From positions 1 to 64,000 of the forward strand of contig CBDVDH010000002.1 of the NCBI GenBank assembly GCA_965372715.1: DNA of 64,000 nucleotides, given 5' to 3'. Under the pieces are notes generated by a model. It had not been told where the DNA came from, made no database searches, and saw only the letters and a list, made by a program, of their open reading frames with translations. Positions 29,374-38,282 of this stretch are shown here, piece after piece. Made by a program: the position numbers and the translations under genes. Every line of letters begins with the position of its first letter. Position 1 is the first letter of the stretch. This DNA comes from an uncultured bacterium. Its GTDB lineage: Bacteria > B130-G9.

Positions 29374-31155
29374 TCATCTGGCGTGGAGCTGCTGCGATCC
29401 GCCCTGTCTGCCTGTCTCCGGCCGCTGCTGGGCTTTCCAGAGGTCTTGGTAGGTTGCGCTCGTCCTCAAGAGCTCGTCGTGGGGGGCGAATGCCTCGATG
29501 GTGCCGTTGGCAAGGACGGCGATCTTGTCGGCCTTGCGGAGCGTGGAGAGGCGATGCGCGACGACGAGCGTGGTTCTGCTCTCCATGAGCTTGTCTAGGG
29601 CATCTTGCACAAGCGTCTCCGTGATGGAATCAAGCGCGCTTGTCGCCTCGTCCAGAAGGAGTATGGGGGCGTTCTTCAGGACTGCTCTGGCGATGTTGAT
29701 GCGCTGCTTCTGGCCGACCGAGACGCCGGTTCCGCCGGCGCCGATGACGGTCTCATATTTCTTCGGCCACGACACTATGTCGTCGTGGATGTTTGCCGCC
29801 CTGGCCGCCTCGATGACCTCACGTTCTGTGGCGTTTGGCCTTCCGTATCTTATGTTTTCAAGTATTGACGTGTTGAAGAGGAACGGCTCCTGCGTGACAA
29901 TCGCAATGCTATCCATGAGGTCCGCGAGTTTTATTCTTTTGGCGTCGGTGTTGTCGAAGAGAACCTTCCCTTGCTTAGGATCGTAGAAACGGACGGCGAG
30001 ATTTAGCAGCGTCGTTTTGCCGACACCCGAGGCGCCGACGACGCCGATCGTCTCGCCCGCGCGGATCTTGAGGTTCACGTCCTTGAGCACCATAGCTGTA
30101 TCGTAGGAATAAGAGACGTTGTCGAATGTGATCTCGTGAGGCGTGGTTCTTAGCGGCAGGGCGTCCTTGTCGTCCTCGATCTCTGGCTCTGTCGCAAGGA
30201 ACTCCTCGACCCGGTCCAGGCTGACTGTCTGCGTCTTGATCATCGTGTATGCATGCATGATGGTTCGCATTGGCCCGAACAGCTGGTTTAGAATCAGGAT
30301 GAATGCGATCAACGTGGGCCATTCGATGGTCTGATCGAGCATCTTCACGCCGCCAAATACGATAACGAAGACGACCCCGAACCCGGCGAGGCTGTCAAAG
30401 ATGACGCCGGAAAGCGATCGGGTCCGAACTACCTTCATAAGCTGTTTGAACCACTCAATTGCGGAGTTCTGGCAGGCTTGGGCCTCCCTTTCTTCGCCGC
30501 GAAAGGCCTTCACGATCCTTATCCCCGCAAGTATCTGCATCAGGAGGTTCATTATGTGCACGCCGTGGAAGCGCGCCTTTCTTGACGCCTCAAGCAGCCT
30601 TGTGCCTATGTGCATTATTGGATACAGGGCCAGCGGCAGCGCCACGAGTCCCCACAGCGCCAGATTCGCGTTCATCTTTACTGCGGCGATAAAGAGGCCG
30701 GCGGCGGCCAACACAGCGGTGACGATCGAGCAGGTGGTGTCAACCAGCATCCGAAGCGAACCCACATCACCGCTGGTAGCCTTGATGATGTCGCCTCTGG
30801 TGTGCTTGTCGAAAAAGCTGAGCGAGAGTTTGAGCATGTGTTGGACCATCTTGAGTCGCAGATTGAGCTCGATTCTCCGCCCGAGCTCAGTCTGAAGGAC
30901 CTTGGAGAAGTAGTCAGCGATGCTGCGGCCCATCCAGCATGCAAAGATAAGCCCTGCTGCGCCCCAGAGCATTGCTGTAACGTGCGCTGCACTGTCAGTT
31001 CCCAGGGACTCCAAGACATTCTCCAGGAAAGTCTTGACCATCCAGAGGTAGCCGACCTGAAGGGCGGACCTTGCCACACCGCTCACAACGAACTCGGCTG
31101 TGACCAGGCGATGCTCCCACATCAGCTTTAACGCAACCAGCAACTTCTTCAGCAT
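29374..31155 (-). CDS. ABC transporter, fused permease/ATPase (MsbA/PglK-like glycan flippase)
   Basis: TM domain; Walker A GASGVGKTT, signature SVGQKQR, Walker B LLLDEATSALD and AHRLST. Confidence 0.92.
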   Translation of the reverse strand: MLKKLLVALKLMWEHRLVTAEFVVSGVARSALQVGYLWMVKTFLENVLESLGTDSAAHVTAMLWGAAGLIFACWMGRSIADYFSKVLQTELGRRIELNLRLKMVQHMLKLSLSFFDKHTRGDIIKATSGDVGSLRMLVDTTCSIVTAVLAAAGLFIAAVKMNANLALWGLVALPLALYPIMHIGTRLLEASRKARFHGVHIMNLLMQILAGIRIVKAFRGEEREAQACQNSAIEWFKQLMKVVRTRSLSGVIFDSLAGFGVVFVIVFGGVKMLDQTIEWPTLIAFILILNQLFGPMRTIMHAYTMIKTQTVSLDRVEEFLATEPEIEDDKDALPLRTTPHEITFDNVSYSYDTAMVLKDVNLKIRAGETIGVVGASGVGKTTLLNLAVRFYDPKQGKVLFDNTDAKRIKLADLMDSIAIVTQEPFLFNTSILENIRYGRPNATEREVIEAARAANIHDDIVSWPKKYETVIGAGGTGVSVGQKQRINIARAVLKNAPILLLDEATSALDSITETLVQDALDKLMESRTTLVVAHRLSTLRKADKIAVLANGTIEAFAPHDELLRTSATYQDLWKAQQRPETGRQGGSQQLHAR

Positions 31156-31190
31156 TTCATCTTACGTCTCGATTATTGAGGAAGTCTTTA

Positions 31191-31215
31191 AGGGCAGAGC
31201 AAGCCCCGCCCCTAC
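31191..31215 (-). repeat. GTAG-type REP-like hairpin
   Basis: Reverse complement gtaggggcggggcttgctctgccct is nearly identical to 63055-63079. Confidence 0.7.
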
Positions 31216-31219
31216 GATC

Positions 31220-31562
31220 TCCGACACCGACTTATGGGACAGCCTCTGTAGCTCCATGAACATCGGCAGACTCAGTGTCTCATCGGCGAGCATCTCAGCA
31301 ACTGGGAAGTCCCTTTCTCGCAGCCTAGGTAAGCCCAGGCGTCCTGCAGGCGCAGTGGAAGGGATAGTGTAGCCCAGTTGAAATGCCCCTCCCGGCGAGG
31401 CGCTCCCGAAGTTCGTCTTTTTTTCTCACTCCGATCATAATAAGGGTAACACACGCTTTTGGTGTAGTTTGGCTCAAAGGCAGCGATAATGTCAAGTAGG
31501 TCCAGAAACTCGCCCCAAAGGCTGCGTTGCGGTGCCTCATCTCGTTGAACTTATCGAGCTCA
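31220..31562 (-). pseudogene. Decayed C-terminal part of a DegT-family aminotransferase
   Basis: Read across several frameshifts: LDKFNEMRHRNA.., KDELRERLAGRGISTGLHYP, LPLRLQDAWAYLG, DFPVAEMLADETLSLPMF-EL. Confidence 0.8.
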
Positions 31563-31577
31563 TCGGGGCTCGCCGGC

Positions 31578-32582
31578 CTACTTCATGCCCTGCTGAATCA
31601 GATCGTGCAGGCGTATGAGTCCCGCTAACCGTTCAGTATCTTGCTCTAAGACAGGCAGAACCGAGATCTGACTCTGTCGGTCCTCCATTAGGGACAGCGC
31701 GTATGTTGCCATGTCGCCTTCACGAACCTTGATTGGGTCTTCGGTCATGACGGTGGAGACTGGCTCGTCGATCAGTTTGTCGAGGTTTTCCTTCAACAGG
31801 ATGCGCCGCACGTCGCCATCAGTTACAATGCCGAGCAGGTTGCCTGAACGGTCAAGAACGCAAACCGCTCCAAGAGGCATTCTCGTCATCTCGGTTACTG
31901 TCTGCCTAATGCTCGTGTCGGGCAGCACGAGAGCGATGGCATCCTTTGGATGCATGACGTCGCCTACTTTCATTAGCAGTCTTCTGCCGAGCGCTCCCGA
32001 GGGATGGAAGCGCGCAAAGTCCTCGCGCTTGATCCCTTTGGCGATGATGAGCGCCGCAACCAGGGCATCCCCCATCGCCAGCGTCGCCGTAGTGCTCGTG
32101 GTCGGCGCGAGGCCCAACGGACAAGCCTCTTTCTCCACGCCGATGTCTAAAACGACGTCGGCAAGCTTGGCAAGCGCGGACTCAGGTTTGCTTGTCATTG
32201 CGATTATCTTGACGCTGTGCTCCTTGAGTATCTTCACCGGCTGCAAGAGCTCCGCGTTGCCGCCGCTGTGCGAGATGGCGATCATCCTGTCACCCGAGCT
32301 GATCATGCCAATGTCGCCGTGCAACGCCTCAACTGGATGGATGAAATACGCCGGCGTCCCCGTGCTGGAAAGCGTCGCGGCGATCTTTCTGGCTATCAGC
32401 CCAGACTTGCCCAGGCCGGAGACAAACGTTTTGCCCTTGGCGTCTGCGAGAAGTTCGACTGCGGCGAGGAAACTGTCGTCAATCCTGTCAGCAAGGTTTG
32501 AAACAGCGGCTGCCTCCTCCTTCAATAGCCGCCTCGCCTCATTCGTCGAGGTCATCAAGAGTTCTTTGCTCAGATTAGTCAT
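31578..32582 (-). CDS. kdsD: Arabinose-5-phosphate isomerase (KpsF/GutQ family, SIS + 2 CBS)
   Basis: GLGKSG--ARKIAATLSSTG, EALHGD, EACPLGLAPTTSTT and FHPSGALG motifs. Confidence 0.93.
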   Translation of the reverse strand: MTNLSKELLMTSTNEARRLLKEEAAAVSNLADRIDDSFLAAVELLADAKGKTFVSGLGKSGLIARKIAATLSSTGTPAYFIHPVEALHGDIGMISSGDRMIAISHSGGNAELLQPVKILKEHSVKIIAMTSKPESALAKLADVVLDIGVEKEACPLGLAPTTSTTATLAMGDALVAALIIAKGIKREDFARFHPSGALGRRLLMKVGDVMHPKDAIALVLPDTSIRQTVTEMTRMPLGAVCVLDRSGNLLGIVTDGDVRRILLKENLDKLIDEPVSTVMTEDPIKVREGDMATYALSLMEDRQSQISVLPVLEQDTERLAGLIRLHDLIQQGMK

Positions 32583-33400
32583 TCTCCAAAGCCCTCAATC
32601 TTGGTTTCGGTGATGGCTCGCCTGATGCTCAGACAAGCGGCAACGATCCTGCGGAACGTGGGTGGCGTAATCATGTTCGGCCCGTCGCAAGGCGCTTTGT
32701 TTGGGTCGTCGTGAACCTCGAAGAACAAGCCGTCGCAGTCAGCTGCCACAGCGGCATACGCCAGTGGCTCCACGAACTCCCTGGCCCCGCCAGACGAGCC
32801 TCCCGCAGCGCCCGGCAGTTGAACCGAATGGGTCGCGTCGAAGATCACCGGCACGCCTATGCCCTTCATGATCGGAATGCTCCGCATATCAACCACCAGG
32901 TTGCCATACCCGAGCGTAGTGCCTCGCTCAGTCAAGAACACCTCACAGTTGCCCGTGCTTCTGACCTTTTCGACGCTGAAACGCATGTCGGCCGGGGACA
33001 TGAACTGACCTTTTTTGATGTTGACCGGAAGCCCGGACCGTCCCGCCTCGACCAAAAGATCGGTCTGCCGACACAGAAACGCCGGAATCTGCAAAGCATC
33101 AACAACCTGGGCAACCGTCGCAATCTGGGCCGTTTCGTGCACATCCGTCAGCACTTTCAACCCGAGCCGATCCTTGACCTGTTGCAGGGCCTCAAGGCCC
33201 CGTTCCATGCCGATACCTCTGAACGACTCGACCGACGTTCTGTTGGCCTTGTCGAAGGAAGACTTGAAAACGAAGCCGACGCCGAGGGGCTCCAGCGCCT
33301 CCTGAATCATCTCCGCGACCATGACCGCGTGCGCTGCTGATTCGACAACGCACGGCCCGGCAATGAGAAATAGCTCCCCTTCCTTCCGTTCTGCAAACAA
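32579..33400 (-). CDS. kdsA: KDO-8-phosphate synthase
   Basis: LIAGPCVVES, KSSFDKANRTS, QIPAFLCRQTDLL, DATHSVQ and DGPN motifs; TTG start inferred. Confidence 0.95.
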   Translation of the reverse strand: MFAERKEGELFLIAGPCVVESAAHAVMVAEMIQEALEPLGVGFVFKSSFDKANRTSVESFRGIGMERGLEALQQVKDRLGLKVLTDVHETAQIATVAQVVDALQIPAFLCRQTDLLVEAGRSGLPVNIKKGQFMSPADMRFSVEKVRSTGNCEVFLTERGTTLGYGNLVVDMRSIPIMKGIGVPVIFDATHSVQLPGAAGGSSGGAREFVEPLAYAAVAADCDGLFFEVHDDPNKAPCDGPNMITPPTFRRIVAACLSIRRAITETKIEGFGE

Positions 33401-33404
33401 AGCC

Positions 33405-34355
33405 CTATACCTCTTCTGAATGCTCGTTGTTTGCCGCGAGCTCGCAGTATCGCTTGAGTCCTTCCTCAACGCTTGTCCGCGCCTCAAAGCCCAGGTCGCG
33501 CCGAGCGGCGTCAATGTCCGCAAGCGAATGCCTCACGTCCCCCGGCCGGCGGTCAACGTGGACGGAGGCGACCTTGACGTTCAGATAGTCGCTCAGAAGT
33601 TCCGCAAGTCGATTGACGGTGATTCTGCTGCCACAGGCGATGTTGAAAACACCTCCCGCACAATTGGGCGCCTCGGTTCCAGCCAGATTGGCGTCGATGA
33701 CGTTCCTAATATGGGTGAAGTCCCGCGTCTGCTCCCCGTCGCCGTATATCCGAGGCGCCTCACCTCGCAGCAGGGCGGTGGCGAACTTCGGGACGACAGC
33801 GGCGTATTGAGACGTTGGGTCCTGCCTGGGCCCAAAAACGTTGAAATATCGTAGGGAGACGGTCTCGAGGCCAAACAGCTCGTAGAAGACGCGGCAATAA
33901 TGCTCGCCCGCAAGTTTCGACACCGCGTAGGGGGACACCGGGGCGGGAGTCATTGTCTCTACCTTCGGCAGCACTTCGGAGTCCCCATAGACCGATGATG
34001 ACGACGCATACACGAACCGCTTGACGCCCGCCTCTTTTGCGGCCTGAAGCAGATTCAGCGTCCCGACGACGTTAGACCTGTTGCTCGCTATCGGGTCCCT
34101 GATTGAACGAGGCACAGAGGGGAGAGCAGCCTGATGCATGACGTATTCGACCTCCGAAACCGCCTTCTTGCACACAGACAGGTCCGCAATGTCGCCCTCG
34201 ATGACCTCCACTTCATCCTGAAACGCAACGATGTTGTCACGCTTTCCCGTGCTGAAATTGTCCAGTATTCTCACTCTCTTGCCCAGCTGGACAAGCCGCT
34301 CGACTATGTTTGACCCTATGAAACCAGCGCCGCCCGTTACAAGATAAGTTCCCAT
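33405..34355 (-). CDS. NAD-dependent nucleotide-sugar epimerase (WbpP-like UDP-GlcNAc 4-epimerase family)
   Basis: TGGAGFIG, AALPSVPRS, YAVSK and YFNVFGPRQDP motifs. Confidence 0.9.
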   Translation of the reverse strand: MGTYLVTGGAGFIGSNIVERLVQLGKRVRILDNFSTGKRDNIVAFQDEVEVIEGDIADLSVCKKAVSEVEYVMHQAALPSVPRSIRDPIASNRSNVVGTLNLLQAAKEAGVKRFVYASSSSVYGDSEVLPKVETMTPAPVSPYAVSKLAGEHYCRVFYELFGLETVSLRYFNVFGPRQDPTSQYAAVVPKFATALLRGEAPRIYGDGEQTRDFTHIRNVIDANLAGTEAPNCAGGVFNIACGSRITVNRLAELLSDYLNVKVASVHVDRRPGDVRHSLADIDAARRDLGFEARTSVEEGLKRYCELAANNEHSEEV

Positions 34356-34753
34356 GCTAAACCCTATTCACCGATTGACTATTATATTGCGGCAAAGTTC
34401 TGACTCAGATTACCCCGATAGGTTACCATTCTTCAATATCGATTCCGCACCCGGCAGCCTTTAGTGTATTGCATTGACGCGATAATAAGATATCCGGGCG
34501 CGACCAGGTATGCCAGGCAGGAATGGGGACGAGTTCCGGCATTAGCCTCGGAGAAACATCTAGCAAGCTGACGTGTTTAGTTGAGAGAAATACGGGCAAG
34601 CAGCCAAAAAGGGATTGAGCCTGACTTCTTTTGGGACAACGAATACCGCGAATTAGTTGTTTTTTTAGATTCCGATGTCTAGTATGCGGCGGCGCTTCGG
34701 CAGATGGCCGGAGGCCAAGCGATAACAAACAAAAGGACACGAGGAGAGGGACG

Positions 34754-36517
34754 ATGAAGATGGGTCATAATCCACCCAGCTACAACGTCGAGTATGATGT
34801 GAATCCCACGCAGGACACGCTTCGCGATTTGGCGATGGAGCACGCTCCCTGCATGGTCAAGACGGCGTTCGACAGCCTTGACAAGATTACGCGGCTCAAG
34901 GCGCGACTCGCGGCAAAGACTTACATTGTCGCTACTGAGGGTGAGAGCTCGAAGTGGTCGGGCAAGACGATCGATCGCGACAAGGCTGAGAAGCTGATTG
35001 CGCACCAGAAGGAGTTCATCGAGAAGAGCGGGCGTCTGATTCAGATTGACGGCTATCAGGGCCTTCACAAGCACGCCATTCCGGTTCAGTGGCTTTACAC
35101 GCTTGATGCAACCAATCTGGCCGCGATGCAGCAGATTCTGACGTTCCCGCGCTCTGGAGTTGAGACCGAGGAGCAGATGAGTCAGCCGCATAGGCCGTAT
35201 TTCCGCGTCGTGATGACGCCGGGCTGCAAGGCGCCGGGCATGGATGGCGAGATAGCGATGATCGTCGATCTCGACAACTGGACGACTTACGTGATCGGCT
35301 CGGACTACTTCGGCGAGAGCAAGAAGGGTATGCTCAGGATGCTGAACCACTACGTGTATCTTCAGGGCGGCCTGGTGCTGCACGCGGGCTGCAAGGAGAT
35401 CACGGTCGGCGGCGAGCGCATCGCGATGGGGATTCTGGGCCTTTCTGGAACCGGCAAGACCACGACCACGTTCAGCAAACAGGGCGAGCTGACCAGGCCG
35501 ATTCAGGACGACATGATAGCGATCTGGCCCGAGGGCGAGATATCGATTACGGAGAACGGCTGCTTCGCCAAGACCTGGGACCTCAGGGAAGAGGCGGAGC
35601 CAACGATCTATCATGGAACCGTCGATCCATCCGCGTGGCTGGAGAACGTCTATTTCAACGAAGACGGAACGTTCGACTTCGCCAAGCTGGGCCTCTCAGC
35701 CGACGACGTCAAGCGACTGAAGGACATCCTGGTTGCAACCGGCGCCTCGGAGGAGAACGTCGATAAGTATATCAGCGGCGAGGTCAAGTTTGACGACGTC
35801 GTTGACGAGAATGGCATCGCCGAGGATGGCTGGGACTTCGTGGTGTGGTCGCAGAATGGGCGATCGATCATCCCGATGAGCGCGATCAAAGGCGCCGCAG
35901 ACCTGACCGATATCCCACCGCTTCGTTCGCTGGGTATCTTGAACAGGGACGAGGGCAGGGACGCCGCGATGCCGGGCATCGTTCGGTTCACATCTCCGCT
36001 CCGTGCGGCGGCGTATTTCATGCTGGGCGAGACTTCCAAGACCTCAGCGGCGGGGAAAGAAAGAGGCAAGACGCGCTCTCCCTTCACGCAGCCGTTCTTC
36101 CCACTTGTGTTTGGGCTGATGTCCAGTCGCTTTGGTGAGCTCGTGAAGAAGCTACCCGGTCTCACCACTTGGCTGATGAACACAGGCTATGTGGCCGGCG
36201 ACGAGAAGGACTGTCAGGCTGGCAAAGCGTTCAAGGTCAAGATCAAGCACTCGTCAGCGATGCTCGAGGCGATGATACGGGACGAGATCACATGGAAGGT
36301 CGATCCCGATTTCGGCTACGAGATAGTCGATGTCGATGCTCCTGAGAACGCGAAGCTGCTCGAGAAGGTACCCGTGGAAGTCCTGAATCCAAAGGTCTTC
36401 TACGAGAAAGAGGGCCGCATGGACGAATACAACGACTGGGTCAAGAGGATGAAGACCAACAGGGCGGAGTTCTTGAAAAAATACAACGTCCCTCAAGAGA
36501 TCCAGGACCAGTTGTAA
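34754..36517 (+). CDS. pckA: Phosphoenolpyruvate carboxykinase (ATP), divergent
   Basis: YFGESKKG, LHAG, GLSGTGKTT, QDD, ENGCFAK, NGR and NTG motifs; RBS GAGGAG. Confidence 0.85.
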   Translation: MKMGHNPPSYNVEYDVNPTQDTLRDLAMEHAPCMVKTAFDSLDKITRLKARLAAKTYIVATEGESSKWSGKTIDRDKAEKLIAHQKEFIEKSGRLIQIDGYQGLHKHAIPVQWLYTLDATNLAAMQQILTFPRSGVETEEQMSQPHRPYFRVVMTPGCKAPGMDGEIAMIVDLDNWTTYVIGSDYFGESKKGMLRMLNHYVYLQGGLVLHAGCKEITVGGERIAMGILGLSGTGKTTTTFSKQGELTRPIQDDMIAIWPEGEISITENGCFAKTWDLREEAEPTIYHGTVDPSAWLENVYFNEDGTFDFAKLGLSADDVKRLKDILVATGASEENVDKYISGEVKFDDVVDENGIAEDGWDFVVWSQNGRSIIPMSAIKGAADLTDIPPLRSLGILNRDEGRDAAMPGIVRFTSPLRAAAYFMLGETSKTSAAGKERGKTRSPFTQPFFPLVFGLMSSRFGELVKKLPGLTTWLMNTGYVAGDEKDCQAGKAFKVKIKHSSAMLEAMIRDEITWKVDPDFGYEIVDVDAPENAKLLEKVPVEVLNPKVFYEKEGRMDEYNDWVKRMKTNRAEFLKKYNVPQEIQDQL

Positions 36518-36544
36518 AGCTGAAAGATAGATTGGATGTAGTTT

Positions 36545-36582
36545 GGGGGCGGACACTGGACGACGGTGTTCGCCCCCTTTTT
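36545..36582 (+). terminator. Rho-independent terminator
   Basis: gggggcggacac...gtgttcgccccc stem followed by ttttt, just after pckA. Confidence 0.75.
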
Positions 36583-36598
36583 GTTTGGAGAGAGGAAT

Positions 36599-37303
36599 AT
36601 GGCCCAAATGATATGGTTCGGACATTCCTGCGTCGGCTTTCGGACAGAGCAAACCTTTTGCCTGTGCGACCCCATCAGCGATCCTGATCTGCTGAGCGAG
36701 ATACCGCCGCTCGAAACACCGCCAAAGGGCATCTTCGTATCACACGAGCACTGGGACCACTTCCATCCTGAGACGATCTCTCAGGTTGCGGCCGAGAGGA
36801 CGATCATCTACGGCCCGAAAGATGTCATCGATCTTTTGCAGACTGATAATCGGTTGAGCCACCTCTGCGCAAGAGCGGTCGAGCCCGGCCAAATGATCGA
36901 CATCGGCGACGTCGCCTGCGAGGTCTTTTCCGCCTCAGAGGGCGTTGCATACGTCTTCACCTTTAAGCGGGACGACATAGTCGTCTTCTTCATGGGCGAT
37001 TCGGTGCTGCTTGAGCCGATGAAGAGTATAGAGGCGGACATCGTGTTCTTCCCAATGTGGCCGTTCAAGGACCCGAAGCGCGGCCGCGAGCTTTCTGACT
37101 TTCTGAAGTCGAGCATATCGATACCGATGCACTTCCACCAGGAGCCGAGCGCCAAGCAGAACTTCTTCATAGATATGGCGAAGTTCGCCAGTCTGACGGA
37201 CCCCATTGGGACAGTCAGGGCTCTGTCTAGGGGACAAGACTATGACGTCTGGGTTAGCGGCGCGAAGGTCCGGCTGGAGCCATCAGTCGAGAGGAAGAGG
37301 TGA
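36599..37303 (+). CDS. MBL-fold metallo-hydrolase
   Basis: WFGHS, SHEHWDH, GDS and PMH motifs. Confidence 0.85.
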   Translation: MAQMIWFGHSCVGFRTEQTFCLCDPISDPDLLSEIPPLETPPKGIFVSHEHWDHFHPETISQVAAERTIIYGPKDVIDLLQTDNRLSHLCARAVEPGQMIDIGDVACEVFSASEGVAYVFTFKRDDIVVFFMGDSVLLEPMKSIEADIVFFPMWPFKDPKRGRELSDFLKSSISIPMHFHQEPSAKQNFFIDMAKFASLTDPIGTVRALSRGQDYDVWVSGAKVRLEPSVERKR

Positions 37304-37665
37304 GGGAAAAAGGGGACAAAAGGAAAAAAGGACAAAGGGAGAAAGGGAATTGACGCAGGGCATCGTCCCTGACCCGCCCGCGTAGGTCAATAGGTTAATA
37401 GGTCAAATGGGATGTCAGGTTGGCGCTTAAGCGTGTCGCTGCCCTCGTTCTTTCCGTTTCTTCTTTTTCCCTATTTCCGCGCCGCGGAAATGCCGCAAAT
37501 GGCGCTTGACTAGAGCGGCGGATGTGTTTCAATATATCAGGTTTTTCCAGGGTAGTTTCGGCGCTTATGCCGGACTCTGGAGGGTGATCAGGTCGAGACT
37601 TGGGGTTCTGCCCATCTCGGGTTTGGTCGCACACAGAACTGCCACAAATTGGGAGGGTCACTCTA

Positions 37666-37860
37666 GTGGCGGAGACAGGCGTTGTCAAGTGGTTCAAGAG
37701 CACCTATGGGTTCATCAAGAGGGATGCTGGCGAGGACATATTCTTTCATATCTCTGACGCAGAGGGCGAAAGGCCTCTGAATAAGGGCGACAAGGTCCAG
37801 TTCGAGGTAACGGATTCCGAGAAGGGGCCTCGTGCGGTGAAGATCACTCTGACCGAATAG
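37666..37860 (+). CDS. Cold shock domain protein
   Basis: GVVKWF, YGFI (RNP1), DIFFHIS (RNP2) and KGPRA motifs; GTG start after GGAGG. Confidence 0.92.
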   Translation: MAETGVVKWFKSTYGFIKRDAGEDIFFHISDAEGERPLNKGDKVQFEVTDSEKGPRAVKITLTE

Positions 37861-38006
37861 TTCAAGAACAGTACAGCCTACAGAGGACCTTTCAGGTTAG
37901 AACCGTTCTCCCGGTGCAAGTTGTTGTCGGGCACCTTGGTTGATCATTGTGGTCAGGAACCAGGGGCATGAGTATGCCGTGAATCAAGCGTGAGAGGGCC
38001 GTCAAC

Positions 38007-38282
38007 TTGAGCAAGAACAGTAGTTCAGGCAGCGCAGCGTTGGACAAGTCCTCTGGGGCTTCGGGCAAGTATTCGCTCGGCGATTATGTCGTGGTTAATC
38101 TCGTTGTCTGGGGCCTTCTTCTGATCGTCGGGTTGATAGCCTATTTTGGGATCGACAAGGCGCCGGTCGTGCCGTTTCTGCTGCTGGTCGTGGGCTGCGG
38201 CTTCACGGTAGTCTCGATCTATGACTGGGCATTTGACAGGGCGGCGAGCCGCTCGGGTAAGCACGGCACGGCTGAGCGATGA
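38007..38282 (+). CDS. Small membrane protein (2 TM)
   Basis: Two hydrophobic segments; stop overlaps purA start (ATGA). Confidence 0.6.
   Translation: MSKNSSSGSAALDKSSGASGKYSLGDYVVVNLVVWGLLLIVGLIAYFGIDKAPVVPFLLLVVGCGFTVVSIYDWAFDRAASRSGKHGTAER

Noticed and set aside
31711-32613. 300-aa plus-strand ORF
   Set aside because: Antisense shadow of kdsD with no motifs; typical of GC-rich coding DNA.
33401-33523. N-terminal extension of kdsA in the ORF track
   Set aside because: Overlaps the epimerase; KdsA similarity starts near LFLIAGPC and a TTG with RBS exists at 33400.
34360-34750. JUMPstart/ops element or riboswitch ahead of the glycan operon or pckA
   Set aside because: No GGCGGTAG ops motif or recognisable riboswitch consensus seen.
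34679-35614. 311-aa minus-strand ORF
   Set aside because: Antisense shadow of pckA.
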